A stretch of 64,000 nt of DNA from Escherichia phage Ec_Makalu_003, in sequence record MN882349.1. One strand, given 5' to 3'. Numbering within the stretch: position 1 is the stretch's first letter; every line of letters starts with the position of its first letter. This document shows positions 24,146 through 34,058 of this stretch, in pieces. Below the pieces are notes generated by a model. That model was not told the origin of the DNA. It did no database searches and was given only the letters and a program-made list of their open reading frames with translations. Both the position numbers and the translations under genes were made by a program.

Positions 24146-26146
24146 ATGACTCTATTATCACCGGGTTTCGAAACGAAAGAAACTACTCTCTCCACTACCA
24201 TTGTGCAATCTGCGACTGGTCGCGCGGCACTGGTAGGTAAATTCCAATGGGGTCCAGCTTTCCAGATTATTCAAGTAACTAATGAAGTTGAATTAGTTAA
24301 TAAATTTGGTCAGCCGGATAATAACACCGCAGACTATTTCATGAGCGGGGCTAACTTCCTCCAGTACGGTAATGATCTGCGTGTTGTTCGTGTATTGAAT
24401 AAAGAAAAAGCGAAAAACGCAACCGCACTGGCTGGTAACATCGAGTTTGAAATCACAAACGAAGGTTCAAACTATGAAGTAGGCGATACCATCAAGATTA
24501 AACATAACCGTCAAGATATTGAAACGGCAGGTAAAGTAACTAAAGTTGATGGTGATGGTAAAGTTAAGGGCGTATTTATCCCAACTGGTAAAATTATCGC
24601 TCACGCTAAAGCAATCGGTGTATATCCAGAACTTGATGGCGGTTGGACGGCAGAGTTCACTTCTTCGTCAGGTAACGGTAGTGCGGCGCTGTCAGTAACT
24701 AAAATTGTTACTGATTCCGGTCTTCTGTTAACGGATCTGGAAACTTCCCGCGCCAATATCACAAATCAAACTTTCTTGACTAAACTCCAGAAGTATGATA
24801 TGCCAGCGGTAAGCGCGATCTATGCTGGTGAGATTGGCAACTCGCTGGAAGTTGAAATTCTGGCACGTAGTGCGTTTAAGAACACTGCACCGGATCTGAC
24901 CATGTATCCTTATGGTGGCGAGCGCACCGCAGCACGCAACCTGATTCCATATGCACCGCAGAATGATAATCAATATGCATTTATTGTTCGTCGCGATGGT
25001 GTTGTGGTAGAATCCTATGTACTGTCTACTCTGAAAGGGGATAAAGACGTATACGGCAATTCTATCTACATGGACGACTTCTTTGCTCGTGGTTCTAGCC
25101 AGTACATCTATGCAACCGCTCAAGGGTGGGTAGATGGTTTCAGTGGTATTATCTCTCTTGCTGGTGGTGTTTCTGCTAACGAAGCAACGACTGGTGGAGT
25201 TGGTGCTGATCCGTTCATCGGTGCGATGATGCAAGGTTGGGATCTGTTTGCTGAACGTGAATCTATTCACGTAAACCTTCTGATCGCTGGTGCATGTGCT
25301 GGCGAAGGCGATGCGTTCTCTACCGTACAGAAACATGCTGTTTCCATCGGTGATGAGCGTCAGGATTGCTTAGTAATGGTTTCTCCGCCGCGTAGCACTG
25401 TTGTTAATATTCCGGTGACTACTGCAATTGATAATCTGATTGCATGGCGCGAAGGTTCAGGAAACTATAATGAAAACAACATGAACATTAATACCACTTA
25501 CGCGGTTATTGATGGTAACTACAAATATCAGTATGACAAATACAACGACGTAAACCGTTGGGTTCCGTTGGCTGCTGATATTGCTGGTTTGTGCGCTCGT
25601 ACTGATGCTGTATCCCAGCCGTGGATGAGTCCGGCAGGTTATAACCGTGGTCAGATCATGAACGTGGTTAAACTGGCAATTGAGCCTCGCAAGGCGCACC
25701 GCGATCGTCTGTATCAGGCCGCAATCAACCCGGTGATCGGTGCTGGTGGTGAAGGGTTTATCCTGATGGGTGATAAAACCGCTACGACTGTTCCCAGCCC
25801 GTTTGACCGCATTAACGTTCGTCGTCTGTTTAACATGCTGAAAAAGAATATCGGCGATTCAAGCAAATACAAACTGTTTGAAAACAACGATAACTTTACT
25901 CGCGCTTCCTTCCGTATGGAGGTTTCGCAATATCTCAGCACGATTCGCTCTCTGGGCGGCATTTATGACTTCCGAGTACAATGCGACACCACGAATAACA
26001 CGCCGGATGTAATTGATCGTAACGAATTTGTTGCTAGTATGTTCATCAAACCAGCAAAATCGATCAACTATATCATGCTCAATTTCACTGCTGTTGCAAC
26101 GGGTTCTGATTTTGACGAAATTATCGGTCCAGCTAATCAGGCATAA
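24146..26146 (+). CDS. 18: tail sheath protein gp18
   Basis: 666 aa (T4 gp18 659 aa); gene order. Confidence 0.9.
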   Translation: MTLLSPGFETKETTLSTTIVQSATGRAALVGKFQWGPAFQIIQVTNEVELVNKFGQPDNNTADYFMSGANFLQYGNDLRVVRVLNKEKAKNATALAGNIEFEITNEGSNYEVGDTIKIKHNRQDIETAGKVTKVDGDGKVKGVFIPTGKIIAHAKAIGVYPELDGGWTAEFTSSSGNGSAALSVTKIVTDSGLLLTDLETSRANITNQTFLTKLQKYDMPAVSAIYAGEIGNSLEVEILARSAFKNTAPDLTMYPYGGERTAARNLIPYAPQNDNQYAFIVRRDGVVVESYVLSTLKGDKDVYGNSIYMDDFFARGSSQYIYATAQGWVDGFSGIISLAGGVSANEATTGGVGADPFIGAMMQGWDLFAERESIHVNLLIAGACAGEGDAFSTVQKHAVSIGDERQDCLVMVSPPRSTVVNIPVTTAIDNLIAWREGSGNYNENNMNINTTYAVIDGNYKYQYDKYNDVNRWVPLAADIAGLCARTDAVSQPWMSPAGYNRGQIMNVVKLAIEPRKAHRDRLYQAAINPVIGAGGEGFILMGDKTATTVPSPFDRINVRRLFNMLKKNIGDSSKYKLFENNDNFTRASFRMEVSQYLSTIRSLGGIYDFRVQCDTTNNTPDVIDRNEFVASMFIKPAKSINYIMLNFTAVATGSDFDEIIGPANQA

Positions 26147-26180
26147 TCAGTAAATTAGCATAGATTAAAAGTTAAATCAA

Positions 26181-26199
26181 GCGGGGAGAAAATCCCCGC
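26181..26199 (+). other. stem-loop GCGGGGAG-AAAA-TCCCCGC upstream of gene 19
   Basis: Perfect 7-bp stem; no downstream T-run; near-identical hairpin at 26727-26745. Confidence 0.5.
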
Positions 26200-26219
26200 T
26201 CTATTAAGGAATATCAATT

Positions 26220-26714
26220 ATGGCACTCGATTTGAATGATATTACACGCGGTTTCGAGTCTGGCGATTTTGCTCGTCCTAACCTGTTTGAAGTTGAGATC
26301 CCGTATCTGGGGCAAAACTTTAAGCTGATGTGTAAGGCTGCTACTGTCCCGGCTGCTACCGTAGAAAAAATTGCTGTAGGCTATCAAAACCGTAAAATTA
26401 ACATCGCTGGCGACCGTGTATACGACGACTGGACCATCACTGTATTCAACGATGACGCACACAAGATCCGTGATGCTATCGTTGCATGGAGCGATCAGAC
26501 ACATGGCACTGGTTCGGCGATCACGGGTGCAACTCCTGCACAATATAAGAAACAAGCTATTGTTCGTCAACTTAACCGTAACACCGAATCAACTAGCGAA
26601 AAAACATTGTACGGTATTTTCCCTACCAACGTTGGTGAAGTAACCCTCGATTGGGAACAAAACAACGAAGTTGAAACGTTTGAAGTTACTTTTGCTATCG
26701 ATTGGGTAGAATAA
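26220..26714 (+). CDS. 19: tail tube protein gp19
   Basis: 164 aa; segments FESGDFARPNLFEVEI, NRKINIAGDR, YKKQAIVRQ, ETFEVTFAIDW match recalled T4 gp19. Confidence 0.9.
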   Translation: MALDLNDITRGFESGDFARPNLFEVEIPYLGQNFKLMCKAATVPAATVEKIAVGYQNRKINIAGDRVYDDWTITVFNDDAHKIRDAIVAWSDQTHGTGSAITGATPAQYKKQAIVRQLNRNTESTSEKTLYGIFPTNVGEVTLDWEQNNEVETFEVTFAIDWVE

Positions 26715-26726
26715 ATATATTATCAT

Positions 26727-26745
26727 GCGGGGAGAAGTTCCCCGC
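26727..26745 (+). other. stem-loop GCGGGGAG-AAGT-TCCCCGC downstream of gene 19
   Basis: Same stem as the hairpin at 26181-26199; lies between genes 19 and 20. Confidence 0.5.
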
Positions 26746-26769
26746 CTAATTTCTCCCAATTCGAGGTGA

Positions 26770-28338
26770 ATGATGTTTAGTAGATTAAAAATGCTTGCGC
26801 GTTGGGCTGATTTTGACAACGACAAATACGAAGAACAAATTAAAGATAAAGCAGAGTCTATCGCCGCACCTAAAAACAATGATGGTGCTACGGAAGTAGA
26901 AATTAACGATAATTCACCTGCTAGCTCGTGGAACTCTCTTACCCAGCAATTTTACAGCACCGACCAGAAAATCAGCACAACTAAGCAATTAGTTAACACA
27001 TATCGCGGTTTGATGAATAACCATGAAGTCGAAAACGCTGTACAAAATATCGTTAACGATGCGATTGTATTTGAAGAAGGTCATGAAGTTGTTTCATTAA
27101 ATCTTGAGGCGACTGGCTTTAGTGAATCTGTAAAAGAGCGCATTCATGAAGAATTTAAAGATCTTTTAAACACTATCCAGTTTGATAGGCGCGGTCAGGA
27201 TATGTTCCGTCGCTGGTATGTCGATTCGCGTATTTTCTTCCATAAAATCATCGGCAAAAATCCAAAAGATGGTATCATAGAATTACGCCAGCTTGATCCA
27301 CGAAATCTTGAATATGTTCGCGAGATCATTACAGAAGACACACCGGAAGGTAAAATTTATAAAGCAACGAAAGAATATTTCATTTACACTGTAGGTAATA
27401 GCTCTTATTGCGCAGGTGGTCAAGTATTCTCTCCTAACAGTCGCGTTAAAATCCCGCGTAGTGCTATTACATACGCTCACAGCGGCTTGATGGATTGCGA
27501 TGATAAATATATCATTGGTTATTTGCATCGGGCTGTTAAGCCAGCAAACCAGCTTAAATTGTTGGAAGACGCGATGGTCGTTTATCGTATCACGCGTGCA
27601 CCGGAACGCCGAGTGTTCTTTATTGATACCGGAAACATGAACAACCGCAAGGCTGCACAGCACATGAACTCAGTGGCACAGTCTTTTAAAAACCGCGTTG
27701 TTTATGATGCATCGACTGGTAAACTTAAAAACCAGCAAGCAAATCTATCAATGACAGAGGACTACTGGTTACAGCGTCGAGATGGTAAAGCAATAACCGA
27801 CGTTACTACTTTACCTGGTGCATCCGGTATGAGTGATATCGATGATATTCGCTACTTTAACCGTAAATTGTATGAAGCGTTGCGTGTACCATTGTCACGC
27901 AGTAATCTCTCCGATGCTAATATGGTGATCGGTGGTGACGGTTCAGAAATTACTCGCGATGAGTTGGAATTTTCGAAATTCATTAGAACTCTGCAATCAC
28001 AGTTTTCGGAAGTATTGCGCGATCCTCTGAAATATAATCTGATTCTCAAAAATGTAATTACTGAAGATGATTGGGATCGTGAAATAAATAATATCAAGGT
28101 GGTTTTCCATCGGGACTCTTATTATACAGAAGTTAAAGACGCGGAAATTTTAGAACGTCGAATCGGTCTAATCGAACGTATTACACCTTACATTGGTAAA
28201 TATTTCTCTAACCAGACAGTGATGCGTGACATTCTGAAATATACCGATGACCAGATGGACACCGAGAAGAAACAGATCGAAGAAGAAGCGAACGATCCGC
28301 GCTTTAAACAAACTCCCGATGAAATAGAGGATTTTTAA
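26770..28338 (+). CDS. 20: portal vertex protein gp20
   Basis: 522 aa (T4 gp20 524 aa); gene order. Confidence 0.85.
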   Translation: MMFSRLKMLARWADFDNDKYEEQIKDKAESIAAPKNNDGATEVEINDNSPASSWNSLTQQFYSTDQKISTTKQLVNTYRGLMNNHEVENAVQNIVNDAIVFEEGHEVVSLNLEATGFSESVKERIHEEFKDLLNTIQFDRRGQDMFRRWYVDSRIFFHKIIGKNPKDGIIELRQLDPRNLEYVREIITEDTPEGKIYKATKEYFIYTVGNSSYCAGGQVFSPNSRVKIPRSAITYAHSGLMDCDDKYIIGYLHRAVKPANQLKLLEDAMVVYRITRAPERRVFFIDTGNMNNRKAAQHMNSVAQSFKNRVVYDASTGKLKNQQANLSMTEDYWLQRRDGKAITDVTTLPGASGMSDIDDIRYFNRKLYEALRVPLSRSNLSDANMVIGGDGSEITRDELEFSKFIRTLQSQFSEVLRDPLKYNLILKNVITEDDWDREINNIKVVFHRDSYYTEVKDAEILERRIGLIERITPYIGKYFSNQTVMRDILKYTDDQMDTEKKQIEEEANDPRFKQTPDEIEDF

Positions 28339-28578
28339 ATGAAACAATTTATCGAAGCAATTAAAACTCGCGATCTAACGCTGATCGAAAAAGAATTTGA
28401 TAAGATCATGGAGGCTAAAAAAGCCCAGATCATCGAATCCCAGCGTGTCGAAATCGCATCCAGTATCATGATCGAAGGTGAAGAAGAAAAAGACCGCGAT
28501 GATGAAGAAGATATGGAAGATGAGGACGACGAAGACGAAGATCGCAAAGACGATAAAAAAGACAAAGAAGACGAATAA
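28339..28578 (+). CDS. 67: prohead core protein gp67
   Basis: 79 aa with highly acidic C-terminus (EEEKDRDDEEDMEDEDDEDEDRKDD); position after gene 20. Confidence 0.75.
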   Translation: MKQFIEAIKTRDLTLIEKEFDKIMEAKKAQIIESQRVEIASSIMIEGEEEKDRDDEEDMEDEDDEDEDRKDDKKDKEDE

Positions 28579-28590
28579 TAGGAAGCCAAC

Positions 28591-28998
28591 ATGATTAAAG
28601 ATTTTACTCCTAAAGCTGACTTAGAAACTTTTCTGCCGGAAGCACAGGAAAAATTGGACATGTTGGCTATGTTTGAGTCAGAAGAACTGTTGAAAATCGT
28701 TGAAGGTATCGCCGAAGATGAGCCAGAATTGGCTGTAGCAATGTTGTCTATTATCGACGGAATTACTGTAAACGAAGCAATGGTTAAACATGTAAACGCA
28801 CGCGGGGAAGTTGCACGCAAGAAAGATCGCAAAACCCGTGAGCGTAATGCTTACATGACTACTGGCCTAAGCAAAGCTAAACGCCGTCAAATTGCCCGTC
28901 GTGCTGCAAAAACCAAACGCGCAAATCCATCTATCGAACGTCATGCGGAACGTAAGCGCAAAAAAGCAATGCGTAAACGTAAGGCGTTAGGATTATAA
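28591..28998 (+). CDS. 68: prohead core protein gp68
   Basis: 135 aa with basic C-terminal tail; position between 67 and 21. Confidence 0.7.
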   Translation: MIKDFTPKADLETFLPEAQEKLDMLAMFESEELLKIVEGIAEDEPELAVAMLSIIDGITVNEAMVKHVNARGEVARKKDRKTRERNAYMTTGLSKAKRRQIARRAAKTKRANPSIERHAERKRKKAMRKRKALGL

Positions 28999-29009
28999 CA
29001 GGAAACAAC

Positions 29010-29705
29010 ATGGAAAAGAACGAATTACTGATCGAACAATGGGGCGTTCCTTGTGCTCGCGGTAGTTCGTCATTGCTTGAATCATTTGATGATAAGGCTA
29101 CAGGAAATCTCTATATTCAAGGGATTTTCCTGCAAGCCGAAACGGTAAACCGCAATAAACGCTGGTATCCTCGCAGTGTTCTAGAAAATGCGGTTACTAA
29201 ATACATACATGAACAAGTTGAGACACATCAAGCTCTAGGCGAACTTAATCACCCAGCAAGAGCAATGCCAGATCCATCTAATGCTTGCATCATAATTGAA
29301 AAATTATGGTGGGAAGGTAATAACGTGATGGGTAAAGCCCGTGTTATTGAAGGGGATAAAGGCGCAGGTGATAAACTTGCTGCACTGATTCGCGCTGGCT
29401 GGATTCCTGGCGTTTCCTCCCGTGGGTTGGGTCGGTTGAAAGACTCTGGTCGCGGATACAATATTGTACAGGAAGGTTTTGTGTTGACGGTTGGTGTTGA
29501 TGTTGTTTGGGGTCCAAGCGCACCAGATGCGTGGGTAACTCCTGTGGTTGAGTCAACGGATAGCGATTCTAGCGCGTCAGACGCACCAGAAAGTGATAAA
29601 ACCGAAAAAGTGACTAACCCTACAGCCTCACAACAAAACATCGTAGAATTGAATAATAGCGCGTTTATGGCGCTCGCAGAAGCGTTATCTAAACGTTATA
29701 AATAA
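29010..29705 (+). CDS. 21: prohead core scaffold protein and protease gp21
   Basis: 231 aa; segments HQALGELNHP, ARVIEGDKGAGDKLAALIRAGWIPGVSSRGLG, GVDVVWGPSAPDAWVTP match recalled T4 gp21. Confidence 0.9.
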   Translation: MEKNELLIEQWGVPCARGSSSLLESFDDKATGNLYIQGIFLQAETVNRNKRWYPRSVLENAVTKYIHEQVETHQALGELNHPARAMPDPSNACIIIEKLWWEGNNVMGKARVIEGDKGAGDKLAALIRAGWIPGVSSRGLGRLKDSGRGYNIVQEGFVLTVGVDVVWGPSAPDAWVTPVVESTDSDSSASDAPESDKTEKVTNPTASQQNIVELNNSAFMALAEALSKRYK

Positions 29706-29736
29706 TAACGTCGTTATCAACAAGAAGGTTATAACC

Positions 29737-30531
29737 ATGCTTAAAGAAATGCTGCTCGAAGAAGCAAAACAGATCACCGTAGACGTTGCTCTCGATGACC
29801 TGTTTGAATCCGTCGAACTGTCGCCGGAAGTAAAAGAAAATTTTGGTACTATCTACGCTCAGGCGGTAAAAGCTAATGCTGTTGCTCTGGCAGAAAGCCA
29901 CATTGAAAAAATCGCCGCTAAAGCCGATGAACTGGTAGAATCAAAGGTCGAAGAAGCACGTACCGAGATTGAAACCAAACTATACGAAGATGCAGATAAA
30001 TTCCTGAATCACTTAGGCGCTAAATGGCTGGCAGAAAATAAAGAAGCCGTCACCCGTAATATTAAAGCGGATCTGTGCGAATCCCTGATTGGTTCTCTGA
30101 AAGATGTTTTCGTTACTCACAATGTTGTAGTACCGGAAGAATCTGTAGACGTTGTTGCTGAACTTGACGAAGCACTCAAAGAAGAAAAAGAAAAAACCTC
30201 TGAACTCTTTGATGCCAAACTGCAACTTGAAAGCGAAATTCGTGGCATGAAGCGCGAACAAGCGATCAATGAAAGCACTCGTGATCTTTCCGATACTCAG
30301 AAAGAAAAAGTAACCGCGCTGATTGAAGGTCTGGAATATAGCGAAACTTTCGATAAGAAATTAACTGCAATTGTCGAAATGGTTGCTAAGAAAGAAGACA
30401 AACCAGCGAAGATTGAAGAATCACTAAATACTGATGCCGACAAGCTGAATGTTATTGCAGAAGCTGTCGAAGAATCAGAGAAAAAGGCAACTGTAGATTC
30501 CGGCGTATCCCGCTACCTGAATTTCATCTAA
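29737..30531 (+). CDS. 22: prohead core scaffold protein gp22
   Basis: 264 aa; segments HNVVVPEESVDVVAE and KLTAIVEMV match recalled T4 gp22. Confidence 0.9.
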   Translation: MLKEMLLEEAKQITVDVALDDLFESVELSPEVKENFGTIYAQAVKANAVALAESHIEKIAAKADELVESKVEEARTEIETKLYEDADKFLNHLGAKWLAENKEAVTRNIKADLCESLIGSLKDVFVTHNVVVPEESVDVVAELDEALKEEKEKTSELFDAKLQLESEIRGMKREQAINESTRDLSDTQKEKVTALIEGLEYSETFDKKLTAIVEMVAKKEDKPAKIEESLNTDADKLNVIAEAVEESEKKATVDSGVSRYLNFI

Positions 30532-30549
30532 TGTAATTCAAATCTACTT

Positions 30550-30557
30550 TATAAATA
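30550..30557 (+). promoter_or_regulatory. T4-type late promoter TATAAATA upstream of gene 23
   Basis: Exact TATAAATA 34 nt upstream of the gene 23 ATG. Confidence 0.6.
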
Positions 30558-30590
30558 CTTTAGGTTAACAACAAACAAGGTTTAAAGAAC

Positions 30591-32177
30591 ATGAAAACTA
30601 CCAAAGAACTGATGGAAAAATGGTCCCCGCTGCTGGAGAACGAAAAACTGCCGGAAATCGCAACTGCGTCTAAGCAGAAACTGGTTGCTAAAATTCTGGA
30701 ATCTCAGGAAGCGGATTTTGCTGTAGACCCGATCTATAAGGATGAAAAAGTTGTTGAAGCATTCGGTGGCTTTATCGCAGAAGCCGAAGTTGCTGGCGAC
30801 CACGGTTATGATGCATCTCACATCGCGGCTGGTCAGACTACTGGCGCAATCACTAACGTAGGTCCGGCTGTTATCGGTATGGTTCGCCGTGCTATCCCTA
30901 ACCTGATCGCATTTGATATTTGTGGCGTTCAGCCGATGAGCACTCCGACTAGCCAGATCTTTGCAATCCGTTCTGTATATGGTGCTGATCCGCTGAAATC
31001 CGGTGCTCGCGAAGCATTCCATCCGATGTATGCACCTGATGCGTTCCATAGCTCTCTTGCTGCTAAAGGTGCAACGACTGTTTCTCCTACTGGTACTGCA
31101 TTCGCTAAACTAACTCTCAGTACTCCGATTGAAGCAGGTGATATTGTACACCACACATTCGCAGAAACTGGCATTGCATATCTGCAAAACGTAACCGCAG
31201 GACAAGTAACCCCGACTCAAGCTGGCAGCGAGTCAGATGATGAAGTTGTCATGAAGCTGATGGAAGAAGGTAAACTGGCTGAAATCGCTTTCGGTATGGC
31301 GACTTCCATTGCCGAAATTCAGGAAGGCTTTAACGGTTCCAGCAATAACCCGTGGGCTGAAATGTCAATGCGTATTGACAAACAGGTTGTTGAAGCGAAA
31401 TCTCGCCAACTGAAAGCCCGTTACTCTATCGAAGTTGCGCAGGATCTGCGTGCTGTACACGGTATGGATGCTGACGCTGAACTGAATGCTATCCTGGCTA
31501 ACGAAGTTCTGCTGGAAATCAACCGTGAAATCGTTGACGTTATCAACTTTACCGCACAGGTTGGTAAGACTGGTATGACTCAGACCGTTGGTTCTAAAGC
31601 TGGTGTATTTGACCTGCAAGACCCGATCGATACTCGCGGTGCTCGTTGGGCTGGTGAATCCTTCAAATCTCTGATCTACCAGATCGACAAAGAAGCTGCT
31701 GAAATCGCTCGTCAGACTGGTCGCGGTGCTGGTAACTTTGTTATCGCTTCCCGTAACGTTGTAAACATTCTGGCTTCTGCTGATCAGGGTATTAGTCTTG
31801 CTATGCAGGGTGCTGCAAAAGGTCTGAATACCGACACCACTAAAGCTGTTTTCGCTGGTGTTCTGGCTGGTAAGTACAAAGTATTCATCGACCAGTATGC
31901 TCGTCAGGACTACTTCACCGTAGGTTACAAAGGCGACAACGAAATGGATGCTGGTATCTACTATGCTCCGTATGTTGCTCTGACTCCGCTGCGTGCAACT
32001 GATCCGCAGTCTTTCCACCCGGTTCTGGGCTTCAAGACTCGCTACGGCATCGGTATTAACCCGTTTGCAGACAGCAAATCCCAGGCGCCGTCCGCTCGCA
32101 TCACCTCCGGTATGTTGAGCAAAGACAGTGTAGGTAAAAACGCATACTTCCGTCGTGTATGGGTTAAAGGTTGCTAA
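30591..32177 (+). CDS. 23: major capsid protein gp23
   Basis: 528 aa; long segments (MVRRAIPNLIAFDICGVQPM, RGARWAGESFKSLIYQIDKEA, DYFTVGYKG, NAYFRRVWVKG) match recalled T4 gp23. Confidence 0.95.
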   Translation: MKTTKELMEKWSPLLENEKLPEIATASKQKLVAKILESQEADFAVDPIYKDEKVVEAFGGFIAEAEVAGDHGYDASHIAAGQTTGAITNVGPAVIGMVRRAIPNLIAFDICGVQPMSTPTSQIFAIRSVYGADPLKSGAREAFHPMYAPDAFHSSLAAKGATTVSPTGTAFAKLTLSTPIEAGDIVHHTFAETGIAYLQNVTAGQVTPTQAGSESDDEVVMKLMEEGKLAEIAFGMATSIAEIQEGFNGSSNNPWAEMSMRIDKQVVEAKSRQLKARYSIEVAQDLRAVHGMDADAELNAILANEVLLEINREIVDVINFTAQVGKTGMTQTVGSKAGVFDLQDPIDTRGARWAGESFKSLIYQIDKEAAEIARQTGRGAGNFVIASRNVVNILASADQGISLAMQGAAKGLNTDTTKAVFAGVLAGKYKVFIDQYARQDYFTVGYKGDNEMDAGIYYAPYVALTPLRATDPQSFHPVLGFKTRYGIGINPFADSKSQAPSARITSGMLSKDSVGKNAYFRRVWVKGC

Positions 32178-32262
32178 TATAAGCCATTCCTGAAAAACTC
32201 CTGTCGGGTGCAATGCCCGACTTATCATAAACCTTATGACAGTGTAAAGTGTTAATTCCAAA

Positions 32263-32291
32263 GGGAAGACTCGAAAGGGTCTTCCCTTTTT
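32263..32291 (+). terminator. rho-independent terminator after gene 23
   Basis: Hairpin GGGAAGAC-TCGAAAGG-GTCTTCCC followed by TTTTT; a second hairpin without T-run sits at 32202-32221. Confidence 0.7.
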
Positions 32292-32307
32292 GCGTATCAT
32301 ACCCCGT

Positions 32308-32315
32308 TATAAATA
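32308..32315 (+). promoter_or_regulatory. T4-type late promoter TATAAATA in the 23-24 intergenic region
   Basis: Exact TATAAATA; nearest well-supported ORF starts about 265 nt downstream (32581). Confidence 0.45.
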
Positions 32316-32580
32316 AGGTTGCAAGCCTATATTCTATTGGGAGCGAAAATAGATACACACAACAAAAAATTCCACCAATTTTCGTAGTAACTGCATGGCA
32401 AAGGGACCAATGAATGAAATGAGCGTTCATGTTGATATTGGGTCGGATATATTTGGTAGATATACAGATCTGGTGTATGCCGACCTTGTTATGACATTCC
32501 AGCGTGACGCTAGCGGTAATTTTTGGTTTTGGTACGCTGTTACCTGAATTAACCCAAAATTCTCCATAAGGAGGAAATGC

Positions 32581-32733
32581 ATGAGTAAGAAAGAAAACAG
32601 CTATGTTATGAGTCGTAAGGAATACAACGAATTGATGTTAGCATTAGCTTATGCAATTATTCGTTCTGATCATGCAATTAATCTGGTAAACAAAGTTAAC
32701 CGTAGCGTTGATAATGTTTCTAGGAAGAAGTAA
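32581..32733 (+). CDS. hypothetical small protein (50 aa)
   Basis: ATG preceded by strong SD AAGGAGGA; MSKKENSYVMSRKEYNELMLALAYAIIRSDHAINLVNKVNRSVDNVSRKK; followed by a terminator. Below the size cut-off of the ORF track. Confidence 0.55.
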   Translation: MSKKENSYVMSRKEYNELMLALAYAIIRSDHAINLVNKVNRSVDNVSRKK

Positions 32734-32742
32734 GTTTATTTT

Positions 32743-32770
32743 GGAATCCTTCGGATTCCTTTTTCTTTTT
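32743..32770 (+). terminator. rho-independent terminator
   Basis: Hairpin GGAATCC-TTCG-GGATTCC followed by TTTTTCTTTTT. Confidence 0.7.
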
Positions 32771-32771
32771 G

Positions 32772-32779
32772 TATAAATA
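32772..32779 (+). promoter_or_regulatory. T4-type late promoter TATAAATA upstream of gene 24
   Basis: Exact TATAAATA 37 nt upstream of the ATG at 32817. Confidence 0.6.
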
Positions 32780-32816
32780 TGATATATCCATTAAGGCAAA
32801 TACAGGATTCATAAAC

Positions 32817-34058
32817 ATGACTCATATTTTTACTGAACTGTTGCGGGAATCTACTTCCTCAGTAGCTAACCAGACAGCGCGACCGCAACTATTATCATTA
32901 ACTCGCGCGGTAAACAACCTGATTTTCTCTGATCTGGTAGCAATCCAGCCAACGGATCAACCAGTATCTGCATTGTACGGACTACGTTATCTTAATCATG
33001 ATGGTCAGATGACTTTCCGAACTGCTGCAACCTACGGTGGCGCGGTTGGTGATCGCACAGAGATTGAAGAGTTTTCAAAAGAAAAATCTTATGAAGAAGG
33101 CGCACTATTCAAATCAGGCGATGTTGTATACGAAGTTGTGACCGCTGGTACAGTCGGTGAAGATGCCGCAACTCCAGAAGCTGCGATCTTTAAAGGCGTA
33201 ATGACAAACAAAATTCGTTTCTATAGCGATTGTGCATCGGTAGAATACTTTGAAGATAAAAACACCGAAATTGCGTCTACCTCTATGCAGTTTGACAAGT
33301 GGCAAGTTAATGTAGGTTCTCGTAAACTGAAAACCTCGTTCACCACTGAATTAATGCAGGATCTTGAGGCAAGCCAAATCAACTCTGAAAACTCTGTAAT
33401 TGATCTTCTGGCTACTGTTGCTTCCGAAGAGATCAACAAAGATATTATTCAGAAGTTGATCACTGTATCATCTCGCTATAAAATTAAAGGGATCACCCCT
33501 GATGGCGTACTTTCTCTCGTTAGCGTTCAGGATGCACCAACACAAGCGCGTGAACTTTACCGCTATGCTTGCGAGATGAGCAATCAAATGTTGCGGACTT
33601 CCTCCTTTGCTGGTACATACGTTTTGGCGTCTTCTCGCGTGGTTGGCCTCCTGCAATCTTCCGGTTGGATGGAAGAAACCGACAATGCTCTAAGCGAAGG
33701 TCGTCTACGTTGCGGTCTGGAAGTTTACGCAGACACGACAACACCTTTCGATTATATGCTCGTTGGTTGCAAGCACATGATCGGTGATATGGAGAGTGTC
33801 GGTTCTCTGTTCTACTCCCCATACACAGAAGCCGACGGCGCTGGCGCGTATAAGAGCGTAATTGACCCTAATAGCTTCCAGCATCATGTAGCTATTATGA
33901 ATCGTTATTCACTCTCTGTCAACCCATACACATCAAAAGTTGATCAGGAAGAACACCAGGTCATCAAGGGTGACGATTGGGGTAAAATGGCTGGACGTTC
34001 AGAAATGTCCTACATTTTAGGAATCGAACTGCCACCACTTGAGATTGACAACGCTTAA
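32817..34058 (+). CDS. 24: head vertex protein gp24
   Basis: 413 aa from ATG 32817 (MTHIFTELLRESTSS...LTRAVNNLIFSDLVAIQPTDQPVSALYG), matching the recalled T4 gp24 N-terminus; the track start 32769 is an upstream TTG that includes the promoter. Confidence 0.9.
   Translation: MTHIFTELLRESTSSVANQTARPQLLSLTRAVNNLIFSDLVAIQPTDQPVSALYGLRYLNHDGQMTFRTAATYGGAVGDRTEIEEFSKEKSYEEGALFKSGDVVYEVVTAGTVGEDAATPEAAIFKGVMTNKIRFYSDCASVEYFEDKNTEIASTSMQFDKWQVNVGSRKLKTSFTTELMQDLEASQINSENSVIDLLATVASEEINKDIIQKLITVSSRYKIKGITPDGVLSLVSVQDAPTQARELYRYACEMSNQMLRTSSFAGTYVLASSRVVGLLQSSGWMEETDNALSEGRLRCGLEVYADTTTPFDYMLVGCKHMIGDMESVGSLFYSPYTEADGAGAYKSVIDPNSFQHHVAIMNRYSLSVNPYTSKVDQEEHQVIKGDDWGKMAGRSEMSYILGIELPPLEIDNA

Noticed and set aside
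28335-28832. 165-aa Ser-rich minus-strand ORF from the track
   Set aside because: It is the antisense of the acidic gp67/gp68 coding region (low-complexity mirror ORF), with no SD and full overlap of well-supported genes.
32164-32430. 88-aa minus-strand ORF in the 23-24 intergenic region
   Set aside because: No SD; overlaps the gene 23 terminator hairpins and the plus-strand late promoter; likely chance ORF.
32769-32816. Track start of gene 24 at 32769
   Set aside because: It is a TTG whose first codons cover the TATAAATA late promoter; the ATG at 32817 has an SD and gives the N-terminus matching T4 gp24.
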